A program made the position numbers and the translations under genes. Of a stretch of 32,550 bases of DNA, positions 20,351-32,550 are shown one piece after another. The stretch spans positions 9,060,177 through 9,092,726 of the forward strand of contig NC_069001.1 in the NCBI RefSeq assembly GCF_001194135.2, given 5' to 3'. The first letter of the stretch is position 1, and every line of letters starts with the position of its first letter. Below the pieces are notes generated by a model. That model searched no databases. It was not told where the DNA came from and worked only from the letters and a program-made list of their open reading frames with translations. The DNA is from Octopus bimaculoides (lineage: Eukaryota).

Positions 20351-20938
20351 TTACAGAAACTTTGATCTCTTCTCCGTTGAATTAATTGGGTTTCGAAGCA
20401 GTTGTCCATAGATATCCTCTTTTTCTTTGATTTTCAAAGAGATATTTATATCTGCAGGGTAGCTAACTTCTTTGATGGTACATACCTTTGCCCTTCTGTC
20501 CCAAACAACAATACCTGGCCTGTTATGTTTACATTTGACAGAAGTTTTGATGGGAATATTCCACCAGTATTCTTTGAGTTGGTGTTTATGAATGTATTCC
20601 TTAACAGAGGGATTTTCTAAGTTTATTTCAGGACAGTTTTTTTTTTTTTTTTTGTGGATGGCATTGTAAATTGTTTTAGCAACAACATTGTACTGCATAG
20701 GGTGATAGTACCGTGATGACATTTTAGGACAGCTGCTAATCACATGCGTAATATCTTCCACAGAAATATGACATAGCCTATACATGCGGTTGCACCTTGG
20801 GATTACAAGAGCGTCACTGTCTCTCTTGTTAACTATGTACTTTGTGGCAATCTCCTGTTCCTTGATTGTAAACACACACGTAAGAGAAGTCCTTCTACAT
20901 ATCTGTTGGCTAAATTCCGTCCATAAACTATAAGTCAA
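20351..20938 (-). mobile_element. RLE-type LINE C-terminus (knuckle plus restriction-like endonuclease), inactivated
   Basis: YRLCHISVEDITHVISSCPKM, WWNIPIKT..KHNRPGIVVWD..CTIKEVSYP; first Cys->Tyr and RPD->RPG. Confidence 0.85.
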
Positions 20939-21311
20939 CCGGAAATTAATTTAGAAAATATTTGTTCAAGTTTTTGTGAAATGAGATCAAACCCCTTGGT
21001 TAGTGTCTTATTGTATCGACACATGCAGGACGAAAGGCAACGTTGACGTCAATGAGATTTAAATTTGAACATAAAATGATATATAAAATAACGACATTGA
21101 AGCTCTAATCCATTCTATCAATTCTGCATTATTTTGACCTCATAAAATATTACAATAAGAATGATACTATTTAATGATGAATAAAAACAACATATGAAAG
21201 TATTATATTAATAACATTTTATTGCCTTCTTTTCATACAATATAGCGAGAAGACCCTCGAAATCGAATTACAAAGTACAAGGTTGTTAATTGAATAAGGA
21301 ATAATGGCTGC

Positions 21312-21468
21312 AAATTTTGTCACAAGGGCTGCAATTTTGGGGGAGGAGAGGGGTCAAATATATATGCTTATTTTATCGAACCCGAAAGCATGAGAGGTAA
21401 AGTCGACCTCGGCGGAATATGAACTCACATTACAATGTGCTAACGATTCTGCCAGCTCGCCGCCTTAA
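21312..21468 (-). mobile_element. SINE family 1 copy (internally deleted)
   Basis: ttttatcgaacccgaaagcatgagaggtaaagtcgacctcggcggaatatgaactc...gctaacgattctgccagctcgccgcc. Confidence 0.75.
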
Positions 21469-21736
21469 TAAAACAAGAAATAATGCTAAGAAATTTAATT
21501 ATATTTTCCCAAAATACAGTTGCTGTTTCTTTTTTTTTTTTTTTTGTATTGCATACGTTTTGAGTTTTTATTGAGTGAAATACCATTAAAACATTTGATA
21601 GCAAAACAGATTGCTTGTCATAGTACCTAGGTAACTTGACTAACAGCCTTTATTGGAACCATGATTATAGAGGTATCAAGCTGAAGCGTTTTGTTGATGT
21701 TTGATAATTGTGTATCAATGTTGCAACACATTTTTT

Positions 21737-21742
21737 TTTATT
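21737..21742 (-). terminator. Candidate poly(A) signal of gene C (AATAAA); alternatives at 21649-21654, 21567-21572, 21218-21223
   Basis: First AATAAA downstream of the stop at 21994. Confidence 0.3.
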
Positions 21743-21993
21743 GACAACTGAATTTACTCATCATCTTTATCATTAGCTTAAATTTTAGAGAATCATGTAA
21801 AAAGATTAAAATAGTAAATTTGAAGTGCTTAGAAGTTTATATTAGAATTTTTTTTTTTAACTGAAACTATTATTATAAAGGGACTTTCTGAAACTTGGTG
21901 CTAACTGCAACAAAAAAACAAAAAAAAAAAAACAACGGTGACTTTTCAGCGAAGACAACATGCACAGAAGTTCGGCAGGACAAGTTACGTTCT

Positions 21994-22029
21994 TCACATA
22001 CCCATTTTGATAACTAGTTTAGCGCTTTC
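21994..22029 (-). CDS. Gene C exon 11 (terminal coding part), ESAKLVIKMGM*
   Basis: Strong acceptor ttttttactttccag; ExA start resembles the lamin-tail 'EVA' strand; no CaaX. Confidence 0.78.
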   Translation of the reverse strand, partial: ESAKLVIKMGM

Positions 22030-24945
22030 CTGGAAAGTAAAAAAAATAATATTGAGAAACCAATAAATAATTAAGGATATTCATAAATTATCAAGGAGTT
22101 TAATCCCCCCCCCCCCACACACACACACACACCTGCAACTAACCCTGTAATTTTGTTCGGATAGTGCAATCTGGCTTGTGTATTATGAAACTATACTTAT
22201 GAGTTTCAGTATTGACCCGAAGTCAAAAAAATATTTTGTTTCTGCTCTTTAAGCTTGCAAATTAAAATGAAACATTTTATAAGCTATTTTAACTATACGT
22301 GATTTCTTTCACATCTGAAGCAAAATACGTTCTATTTATCGGTCTACGATGTTCCATATAGACTAGTATTTTGATTGTGTACCGAAACAAAAAGATATTA
22401 CAGTATTTTATTGATATTGGAAGATATAACGCTCTCTCCAAGTCATGTCGACAGGAAGCATTTATTAGACGTAACACCACGAGGTCATGAAACATTTGCA
22501 AGTTCTAAAGTCACATTCCTCTTGTGACTTAAAGCAGTGAATTGTATCAGTTTCATTACTTACTCTTACTGCCCGTAAGCTTTTGAATATTAAGCTTGTT
22601 AAAGAAGTAATATCGAAACGGTACTAGCATATTTCCGTTAGAGATTCGGTCGTGCCAGGGAGACATGGATATTACTGAAAGCAGTCCAGGTCAAATGGCT
22701 AGATAGATGTTCTCACATTAACTCTCGAAGTGCATGGAGTTAGAAAGAGAAACGTACTCAAGAGCTATAGTGAGAAATATGGTAGAGAAAATGAGTAATA
22801 TAGCAATGAATTAGGGGACCTTACCTTGCCTTTGTCGTCTTTCAAAGTAATTGTGCATGGCGTGGCCATTGTTCCCCATTCAAAGACATCGGAAGATGTG
22901 ACGCCCCCTTGACCAGCACCGTGCTTAGATCCCCAAACCTAGATATGGATAAAAGAATTAAGTATAGTAACAACATCATCAACAAACCTAATATTTGTTT
23001 GTAACTTAGACACAATGTCAGAACTATGAACAAGAGTTCATCACTTGTACTTTATTTTATAAACTCGAAGTGGCAGACGGAAAAGTTGATTGCAGCGGGA
23101 TTTGAAGACATAAAGTAAAGAGCCGGAAACACGTACCCAAAGGGTATTTTTCTTATACCCTAATGATTCTACCTAGGCAAAACATTTGAAACATTAGTGG
23201 GTAGGTTGTCTATCGATGTTATCGATCTCACTACTTGATTAGTACTTCATTTCATTTATCGGCGGGATTTAATCTGAGTATGTACAAGGATGGAATAAAT
23301 AACACTAGGTGTTTTTTTCCGCCGCTCTAACAAATTTGCCAGTACACGGAATGATTAGCAACAGGGTTTTGACCGTAGTTACAGGGTGGTATCCATTATG
23401 AATTAACTATTAATAGTTTTAATTTAATTAATATAAGCATACTTTGGAGACACATCTTACAAACATAACTGGAAAGTGGCTCCTTCTCGTCTTCATCATC
23501 ATCTTCGTCGTAATCATCGTCATCGTTGTCATTTTAACATCAACTTTTCCATGCTTACATGGTCAGATGCAATCGAAGTAAATTATAACAGTTAACATAA
23601 CAGGAAAAATATAACTACTATTGCTTTACATTGTCATGGGAAATGTCGAGTCCCAGCAATCATTAGATACGAGATTCTATTCTCGTTTCTCGGTTGCGTT
23701 CTCCTTTCTCGATTTAAAATGGTGTTTTTAATATCTTATATTTAGTTAATAAACATTATAAAAATAATAATGAGTTTTAGAACAAATACAAATTTACCTT
23801 GAGCGTTTTACCAGAACTAAACACGTTACCCTCGGAAAATTTATGGGTGAAGGACTTGCCATTGTCTAGAGATTGGATCAATGTCCAGTTTTTCATGTTT
23901 GTTGCTCCCTACGATTAAAAAGAAAATAGAATATGCAATATTCGATAGAGAAAATAAGATTTTATAATCATAACGAATTATATGAATAGTGAATATATCA
24001 CTGGATTTAACAGAGGTAAAAATGAATGTTCATGTTTTCATGCGTGCATATGTGTATGTTTGGGAGAATGTGTGGGTGAGTGTGTGGATGAAACTTTGCT
24101 GCCGTTTATATAAGGCAGCGTTGCCGAAGAGTTACATATGCACAAGTTACTACAACTCTGCACAGTAATCGAGCAAAGAAAAATACTAGTGGATGTTAAC
24201 GTTTGGTCGACTTAATGTATCCGTGTGGAAACATTATAAATGCGGAATTGGACCTGCTTTCAAATGATGTATGTCAGCAAACCAAAAGAGACAATAGGAT
24301 GGTATAGAATGCCAGTTCACTCACCTTTGGAAACTTAGCGTTGTCTTCAATTTCAATATATCTACCTTCGGTTTCCAATTCAATGATAGATACGGTGCCA
24401 CTTGTAGAGCGACTGAGAGTCATTCTGCCTGGTAAAGAAAATGTCGAGGTACATCCATATATAAATATTTATACATACAAATATATATATTCTTTTTATT
24501 ACATTATACACTATACCCAGGACACCCTATAATTCTTTTTAACACCATTTGTTACTCAGCGTTTATTAGTAAGTAGGGCTACACCTTTAATTATATTTAT
24601 CTATAATTTTCATATATTTTTATAAATTTGCATAATTTGTCGAGCGTATATGTCCATTATATCTTTAATATATTTGGTGCGTCTGTAATTTTGAATTTTT
24701 TGGTATTATTTCGATAGTGAATATTTTTAGTATTGCTTCGGTATTGAACCTTTTGATGAGAGACGCATTAAATATATCACAATTACTTGATTTGTTTATA
24801 TTGTAGGCTTTTGAATTGTTGAACATATCTGATTTCTCATATTTAATTTGAAAATATAGATATATACATAGACATTTACACACATACTTTACATATAAGT
24901 TTGTATACAAACTACGCATATATATATATGTATATGAAGAGGTAC

Positions 24946-24979
<34 letters not shown>

Positions 24980-25505
24980 TGTGCAGGGCAGGGAATCGTC
25001 AATTAGTAATAAAATTAATAATTAACAATTTTGCCGGGTAGCTCAGTATGAAAAAAACCTTTTCGGTAAAAAACATTTATAATCATAAATATATAGGGAT
25101 TGACAGTAACCTGCTTCTCCAACATACTGAGAATTCAGAAATAGCAGTCAAAGAACTACTGATTTCAAAACTACAAATTATTACTCCAGATTGATAGCGA
25201 TATTTTTGATACACACAGAACAAAAAACAGTAGAGAAGAGTATATATATAGNNNNNNNNNNNNNNNNNNNNNNNNNNNNNNNNNNNNNNNNNNNNNNNNN
25301 NNNNNNNNNNNNNNNNNNNNNNNNNNNNNNNNNNNNNNNNNNNNNNNNNNNNNNNNNNNNNNNNNNNNNNNNNNNNNNNNNNNNNNNNNNNNNNNNNNNN
25401 NNNNNNNNNNNNNNNNNNNNNNNNNNNNNNNNNNNNNNNNNNNNNNNNNNNNNNNNNNNNNNNNNNNNNNNNNNNNNNNNNNNNNNNNNNNNNNNNNNNN
25501 NNTAC

Positions 25506-25539
<34 letters not shown>

Positions 25540-26008
25540 TGTGCAGGGCAGGGAATCGTCAATTAGTAATAAAATTAATAATTAACAATTTTGCCGGGTA
25601 GCTCAGTATGAAAAAAACCTTTTCGGTAAAAAACATTTATAATCATAAATATATAGGGATTGACAGTAACCTGCTTCTCCAACATACTGAGAATTCAGAA
25701 ATAGCAGTCAAAGAACTACTGATTTCAAAACTACAAATTATTACTCCAGATTGATAGCGATATTTTTGATACACACAGAACAAAAAACAGTAGAGAAGAG
25801 TATATATATAGTTAAATCGAATAACAGAAAAGTAAAAATAACGATAACAAAACATGAAGAAGATTTGGTCAAGTATTTGTTCGATGATCGGTAAAGGGGG
25901 AAAAGAAGATGGTTTGACACATCGAACATAAAGTCTTCGGCCGAAAGGAAACCGGAAAAGTCCAGAGGAAAAAAAATACCACCAAGAGCATGTTTCATGG
26001 CTGAAATG

Positions 26009-26047
<39 letters not shown>

Positions 26048-28498
26048 GCAATTTACAAAGCAATAAAGAAGACAAAAGACGAAGACGGGTGTGTAAACAA
26101 GAAACAGCTGTATTAATTAGTTTAACGCTCGGGAAGTGAGAAAGACTTTTACGTTTCGAGCCAAAGCTCTTCAACAGAAAGGAACACAGAAGTAAAGAGA
26201 ATGAGAAAATAATATATATATATATATATATATAATACACAGAAGACAAATGCAACTCACTTGCTGCTCCGAGTGCAGATCGTAGTGAACTCTCAGCTTC
26301 TGTTTGAAATCCACCAATATTGCTCACAAATGAAGTCATCCTGTAAAAGGAAAATATATTTAATATAATGGTAGCAAATGTTATGGATTACTACGTAAAT
26401 ATAATGACAGAGGTTTTTCAAGATGAAATTTGTCTTTTATTTGTTGTCGCTGGAAGTGGATGTGGTTTATTGAGTTTCAGCATAAGTTGGCCCAGAGAGA
26501 AAAGGTGTTGGAAAAAGTGATCCCGTCGTTTTTTTTTGTCGGTTTATATCGTTCAATTTGCGTTTCTTGCGCAAAAGTGTAGCGAGTGTGCATATTGAAA
26601 TCTGGCTGCTTTTTCTATCAGACCTAGCAAACGATGATTTTACAAACCGGTTGCTTGTGATATGCGAAATTAAAGATGCCAGTGACTCAAAAAAGTTTTT
26701 AAAATTCAGTCACTTTTTTGTGTGTTTTAGTATACGTATTTTTGTTCATGTGGGTGTGTGTGAAAGCGTGCGTGTTAATGGACGTATTTCTAAAGTTCAT
26801 ATTGGTTATTAGTGATATTGTGGTATGATTTGTAGTGTTGTAGAATAATGTACTGCACCGTTGTTGATGATTTTTAAAGTTGTACCTCTTTTTGAAGTAT
26901 ATGTGAGTGATTTCCATTTGTTCATCATGTGTAAGTACTGTAGTGAGAATAGGGAAGTTGTTAGAAAAAACGTGCGTTTTGATTGCTATGCAGTTGTGAC
27001 AATAGGGTGTTGAGCAGAAGATGAAGTTTTGAACTGCATTATTGTAGATTCTGCTTTGTTATAAATTTTATGGTCCCACGCGAATCCCAGCCAATGGCAT
27101 TTCAGCCATCCAGTTCTGTTATTAGCTAATGTTTTACAAGGTATATGCAGAACAGTATATTTACTGATGACGTGTGCCAAACACGATAATTCTTGAGGTG
27201 CAAGCGAGAATCTTTATGTTATTCAATATTTAATATCAGTTATCTGATCGCTCTACTTTTACGCTATTTGAGAATATCCCATCCCTTTCGAATCTCTCTC
27301 ACTCTATCTCCCCCCTCTCTTTCTCTCTCTGTTTCCTCCTTTCTCTCATATGAAATCTAAACGATGAATTTAATCTTATCGCGTTTCTTACGCCTTTTGT
27401 CTCAAAAATGTCTCTATGACCCTATCAGGAGAAACCCACGGAAGAACAGAAAGACTTTTAGAATGTTATTGTTTGAAGTTAAATATTTATTATTTACCTG
27501 CTCTCTTCTCCTTCAAGGAGTTTGCGGTATGCTGCAATTTCCAATTCCAGGGACAGTTTAGCATCCATTAGGTCTTGTAATTCCTTCAACATTGCCTCCA
27601 ACTCTGCACGCAAGCCACTAATCTCAGATTGGTAATTCGCAGCATCTGTTGCCCGTCCGTTTAGGGCTTCCTCCAGTTGAGATTCTAGATCTCTCATTCT
27701 ACTTTTCATATTTGCTATCTATAAAGACAAGATAAATAATACAGTTATTAACAAAAATTATCAAAACACAATTCTTAATCTTATATTATTAAGTCTCTGT
27801 CTATATATATATATATTATTTTTATTCTTTTATTTGTTTCAGTCATTTGACTGCGGTCATGCTGGAGCACAGCCTTTAGTCGAAAAGATCGACCCCAGGG
27901 CTTATTCTTTTTAAGCCTAGTACTTATTTTATCGGTCTCTTTTGAGACACACCAGCATCGGTTGTCAAGCTATGGTGGTGGTGGTGGGGGGGAAACAAAC
28001 AGAGACACACAAACACATACATGCATATGCATATATATATATATATATATATANNNNNNNNNNNNNNNNNNNNNNNNNNNNNNNNNNNNNNNNNNNNNNN
28101 NNNNNNNNNNNNNNNNNNNNNNNNNNNNNNNNNNNNNNNNNNNNNNNNNNNNNNNNNNNNNNNNNNNNNNNNNNNNNNNNNNNNNNNNNNNNNNNNNNNN
28201 NNNNNNNNNNNNNNNNNNNNNNNNNNNNNNNNNNNNNNNNNNNNNNNNNNNNNNNNNNNNNNNNNNNNNNNNNNNNNNNNNNNNNNNNNNNNNNNNNNNN
28301 NNNNNNNNNNNNNNNNNNNNNNNNNNNNNNNNNNNNNNNNNNNNNNNNNNNNNNNNNNNNNNNNNNNNNNNNNNNNNNNNNNNNATATATATGTAAATAT
28401 CTATCTGTATATGCGTGTATATATGTGTGTCTGTATTATGGTATGTTTGTGAGTACCTAGCTAGCTACCTATCTAACTTGATAGATAGATAGATAGAC

Positions 28499-28558
<60 letters not shown>

Positions 28559-31500
28559 TTATGTAATCTTCCTTACCTGAGTTTCATATGCGCTTACTTG
28601 ACCCGACATATCGCTTGCTTCCATACGTGAACGCCTATTTTCACTCGAGACCTGAACAGCCATTTCGGGCCTGGCCCCTGCTTTCAGATGCTGCATCTAT
28701 TGAAGACAAAAAAGCCATAATTAATAAAAGTTTCTTTATTTTTCACTGTTTCCGATGGAGAGGGGAATTACATATGGTTGGAATGTTGTACAAAACTGAT
28801 GAGGAGAAAACTTGACTTTTTTTTTCCTAGCCCGAAAACGAGACATCTTTATACAAGTCAAAAAAATGGTGTAAGTTCATAGATTTTGGAACTCCCTATC
28901 ATAACTGAATCGGTACTAACAAAAAGGAAAAAACAGGAAAAATTATTAATAATAATCTATCCTACTGTAGGCACAAGGCCTGACATTTAGGGCCACGGGA
29001 GTAACTCTTCGTTTTAAGCTATGCTGTTATTTCTACAAGTCTCTTTTGCAGTTGTATTTTCTACCACCCCCAATAGACCCTATTTTTGTATCAACTTACA
29101 CACGTGCATACCAACACGAACTCATATACAAGTTCCATCCTAAAATTTACCCCGTCATATGTATTACACAACATTTCTAAGTCAGATTTACTCTTTATAA
29201 ATGCAATATCGGAGGCTATGGTTGAGGATGCTTTAGGATCATTTCTGAATTACGAGAGCAAATTTGTAGAGAGGGTGTTAGTCGAATAAACTCGATCACC
29301 TATTTGACTGCTACCTTACTTTATGGCCCTCCGTGTTATTTTGAAATCTGATTTTAAAGAGTCGGAACAGATATTACAAAGACATTTACCATAAGTACAC
29401 ATATACATATGCACCTACATACATATAGGAACATATGTATTTCTGCATGTGCCTATATGACAGACTTTCGAAAAATTTCCATCTTGGAAATTCTACTCAC
29501 ACATCATTGGTAAAATGGAGTCAATAGTAAGGGTTACTTGCCCAGTGTACCATGAGATGGGATCGAATCCGTTTTCATCATATAGCAGTGACAGATATAT
29601 TTATGAGGGGAAAGTGTTAGTGGAATAAATTCGATCCAGTGTTTGACAACTACATTATTGCATGGAACAAGGATATATTTTCAAATTTAAATGTAAACAG
29701 TCGGTGCAGATACTAGGAAGATGTTTACAATATGTATACATACACCATCGCGTGTTAGTACCTACCTACATACATACGAACGTACGAATTTATGCATATA
29801 CTTATATGACAGCCTTCAATAAAACTGTTCATCTAGCAAATTCTACTTAGGAATCATTGGTTAAAGCGAAGCATTGGTAAAGGATACTTGCCCTACCTAT
29901 TATGCGATAAGATCGAATTCGTTTTCATATTATGGCTGTGATATACTTATGAGTGGATCGGAGAAGCTATAGATAATTTCAGAATCGCGTTACATTATGT
30001 TGTGGCAAAGTTGGACGAAATGCAACGCATATCGATCAATATGAACTTGATATCCAGGGCTTCCTTCGTATGATCATAGATTATACAAAATTCGCTGTTG
30101 TGTTTTAATCGACAAAATGAATCATGAGCAAATTTGAAATGCCATGTTTCTGGCTTTCTAGGTGAGAAATTGCTAAGATACACAAGCTCTTTCTAAATAA
30201 AGTACCAATTTTCCCTTCGTTATGCAGAAACAATTAGAGGACGAGCAGTAAAATCATGTATACGCAAATGATAAATAAAGGCAAAACACAAGTCACACTT
30301 CCAAATAATACACAGTTCAAACTAAAGAAAATCATAATAGCAATGGATATATAACATCTCGACATGGTTGGTATTATTGGACAATATGTTGAAACATCTA
30401 TACAGTCTGACAGTAACGATTCTACGTTGTTTAAATGTTTCGACGGAAACACAAATATATTGCTGCTTTATTGAAGACTAGTGTATTTGCAAGCAACTGC
30501 GTAGTAGCAGAACAAGCGCAATTTATAAAGTTAAGGTACCAACAGTTTTAAAGTTTACAAATATATTTCTTTACCTGTTCTGCATGTCGACGTTCCATCG
30601 ACGCAGTAACTGACTGCAACTGAGCCTCATATTCTTCGCTTAACTCAGCAATTATATCTCCAATTTCGGCCTTCCATGATTGTTGGAAATCGGGTAGCTT
30701 CTGTGTTTTGGATAACATTGCTTCATATTCTTTGCATTCCTGCAAATAGTAAGGAAAACAAAGCAGTATGTAAAATGGAAGTAAGGAAACTAATATTAAT
30801 TTGTTTGGTTTTTTACTCGAAATTGTCAGTTTTAAAACGTAATGTTAAATAGAAATGAACATATGAGCATACAGAATTGGTGGCACTATATTTCTGGTAT
30901 ATATTTTTGCGAAACCAGGACATCAGTGCTTTTATACAGAACGCTTTTATTATCGTTTCTAAATGCATTCTCCCACCAATTTCTGAATATTGTCGGGAAG
31001 GAGTTAAACTCAGCACTATATATGATTGAAATCATTACAACTGCATCTCAGTACAATTAGTTCTATCTATCCATCGTTATATATCTCAGTGTCTGGGAAT
31101 GATAGTACTAAAGTCTTAAAGGCAATATCAGAAGACACGTGTTCCAGTTATGTGTTGACGAGGAGGAAGAAAATGGACCGCCATTCCGACTGTTTCTAGT
31201 TTATCAAGGTGGATATTGATAGTATCGATTGAGTATGTTTAATGTCTTCCCCATGCATTATAACGCTATTAAAATTGAAATTAATACCCGTGTATTAGGT
31301 TCAGTATATGGCTACATTTTGTTTTGTTGGCTCCATCCATGATCATATGTTAACGCTAAGTAGACTCTCTTGAGAGTTGATTAGCTGTAATAAAAGATAT
31401 GTGTAACGGATAATTTGAGAGATAAGTATTCTATAGATGAATGATCAAGACGTGGATAATCGCAGATTACTTATCTGCATGCGAACCACTGACACCTATA

Positions 31501-31809
31501 GCTGGTGGTCTACCAAATTGGTCAGATAACTGTTACTGATCAATTGAAATGTAGTGGTTCTTTATTTATGACTGTGCAAGTGGAACTATCTGATTCTCAG
31601 AAAGCCTTAAAGCATTGTGAAGAAAAATATAACAGAAAATAGCTAAAACTTTCATGGCAATTATACTACAAGATAAAATATCAGGAGAGAGAAAAAAATA
31701 AAAGCGACATTACGGCACTATGGACATCATTGAGGAAAGCAAGTTCATCTTCCAGCATCGTTACACGGTTTTCTAATTCCAGTCTTTGAGTAGTTTCGTT
31801 TTGTAAGTT
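21994..31809 (-). CDS. Gene C: paralogous cytoplasmic IF/lamin-tail protein, exons 3-11 only (exons 1-2 presumably lie beyond 32550). Exons: 31809-31714, 30739-30575, 28696-28577, 27718-27498, 26340-26261, 24428-24325, 23908-23798, 22938-22825, 22029-21994
   Basis: Exons sum to 1047 nt = 349 codons including TGA; intron phases match gene B; canonical LELEIAAYRKLLEGEESR. Confidence 0.9.
22825..22938 (-). CDS. Gene C exon 10, 114 nt
   Basis: atatctag|VWGSKHGAGQGGVTSSDVFEWGTMATPCTITLKDDKGK|gtaagg. Confidence 0.9.
23798..23908 (-). CDS. Gene C exon 9, 111 nt
   Basis: ttaatcgtag|GATNMKNWTLIQSLDNGKSFTHKFSEGNVFSSGKTLK|gtaaat. Confidence 0.9.
24325..24428 (-). CDS. Gene C exon 8 (lamin-tail domain part 1), 104 nt
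   Basis: tctttaccag|GC RMTLSRSTSGTVSIIELETEGRYIEIEDNAKFPK|gtgagt. Confidence 0.88.
26261..26340 (-). CDS. Gene C exon 7, 80 nt
   Basis: cttttacag|G MTSFVSNIGGFQTEAESSLRSALGAA A|gtgagt. Confidence 0.85.
27498..27718 (-). CDS. Gene C exon 6 (rod end), 221 nt
   Basis: ctttatag|IANMKSRMRDLESQLEE...ELQDLMDAKLSLELEIAAYRKLLEGEES(R) AG|gtaaat. Confidence 0.96.
27825..27990 (-). mobile_element. SINE family 2, 3' half
   Basis: Reverse complement of ~8600-8780 (cagtcatttgactgcgg.catgctggagcac.gcctttagtcga). Confidence 0.8.
28480..28557. repeat. (GATA)n microsatellite
   Basis: Seen directly. Confidence 0.95.
28577..28696 (-). CDS. Gene C exon 5, 120 nt
   Basis: tcttcaatag|MQHLKAGARPEMAVQVSSENRRSRMEASDMSGQVSAYETQ|gtaagg. 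Confidence 0.83.
30575..30739 (-). CDS. Gene C exon 4, 165 nt
   Basis: tttgcag|ECKEYEAMLSKTQKLPDFQQSWKAEIGDIIAELSEEYEAQLQSVTASMERRHAEQ|gtaaag. Confidence 0.92.
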
Positions 31810-32223
31810 CTAGAGAAAAGAAAATTACGCTATTGTTTATTTTTTATTTATAAAATAACTTTTACATAAGTCTCGACAATTCATCCCAGATAGAAGAGAA
31901 AGTACGAAAATAAGAGAAATGTAATTGGTTCGCAAAGGAAGTATATTCTGTTGTTTCATGCACTGTTATCATTAGAAGATTTGCTATACTTTAATAACCT
32001 AAATTATAGAAATCACAAGATTTTATTCACAGAATGACTATGGTAGTTGGCAATGCGATATTCTAAACTGTTTCTAGTTTATCAAGGTGGATATTGATAG
32101 TATCGATTGAGTATGTTTAATGTCTTCCCCATGCATTATAACGCTATTAAAATTGAAATTAATACCCGTGTATTAGGTTCAGTATATGGCTACATTTTGT
32201 TTTGTTGGCTCCATCCATGATCA
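31189..32223 (+). repeat. Two identical 157-bp direct repeats (31189-31345 and 32067-32223)
   Basis: actgtttctagtttatcaagg...ggctccatccatgatca is present twice with no mismatch seen. Confidence 0.92.
31714..31809 (-). CDS. Gene C exon 3, 96 nt
   Basis: ttctctag|NLQNETTQRLELENRVTMLEDELAFLNDVHSA|gtaatg. Confidence 0.9.
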
Positions 32224-32494
32224 AGGTTCCCGAGCAAATGCTTAGTGTCATGGCGTCCCTACGAAAGGACATGGAAGCATCTATTCTTCCAAATGGTGGT
32301 CAATCTCAAACTTAAAAAAGTTACAAAAGAACATTGTTTTAGTAGAAGTAGGATTTGTACTTGAAAGGAAGACTTCGAATTGTTTGTAAGCGCTTCCTAT
32401 TTACAAAATTTCAAACACATGTTATAGTGTATGTATTCATCTATCCAACCATTCATTCATCTATCCACCCATACACACATACATACATATATAT

Positions 32495-32550
<56 letters not shown>

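Noticed and set aside
22699-22764. Alternative terminal exon for gene C after a 60-nt intron (LLSTFLFLTP..*)
   Set aside because: 22029-21994 has a stronger acceptor, aligns with gene B's end and puts the shared UTR motif at the matching distance.
24943-25811. ~309-bp exact duplication (24943-25251 and 25503-25811) in gene C intron 7
   Set aside because: The copies directly flank an N-gap and differ only in (TA)n length: typical unmerged contig overlap, an assembly artefact.
31810-32550. Search for gene C exon 2 within the window
   Set aside because: I found no ~187-nt phase-compatible coiled-coil exon; it presumably lies beyond the window edge.

Overview
This is AT-rich, microsatellite-dense eukaryotic genomic DNA with five N-gaps. 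The repeat content suggests an octopus-like cephalopod (inference, not a database result). The ORF track shows only fragments of the real genes. Reading splice sites by hand reconstructs two tandem, minus-strand paralogous genes for protostome-type cytoplasmic intermediate filament (IF) proteins, each with a long lamin-type coil 1b and a C-terminal lamin-tail (Ig-like) domain but no CaaX box. Gene B is complete: 11 exons, 15344->1229, 1674 nt CDS, 557 aa. Gene C is 5'-truncated by the window edge: exons 3-11, 31809->21994, 348 aa visible. Intron phases are identical across the shared exons. Gene C keeps canonical IF hallmark motifs, while gene B has drifted in them. The introns and the ~6 kb intergenic spacer are filled with tRNA-derived SINEs and decayed RLE-LINE, L1/Tx1-like, Penelope, Ty3/gypsy gag, mariner and Helentron-like fragments. 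I found no novel enzymatic system. The best leads are the asymmetric divergence of the IF duplicates, a 16-nt 3'UTR motif shared by both paralogs, a possible tail-less isoform, and a TSD-flanked LINE 3' end that may share its tail with the local SINE.
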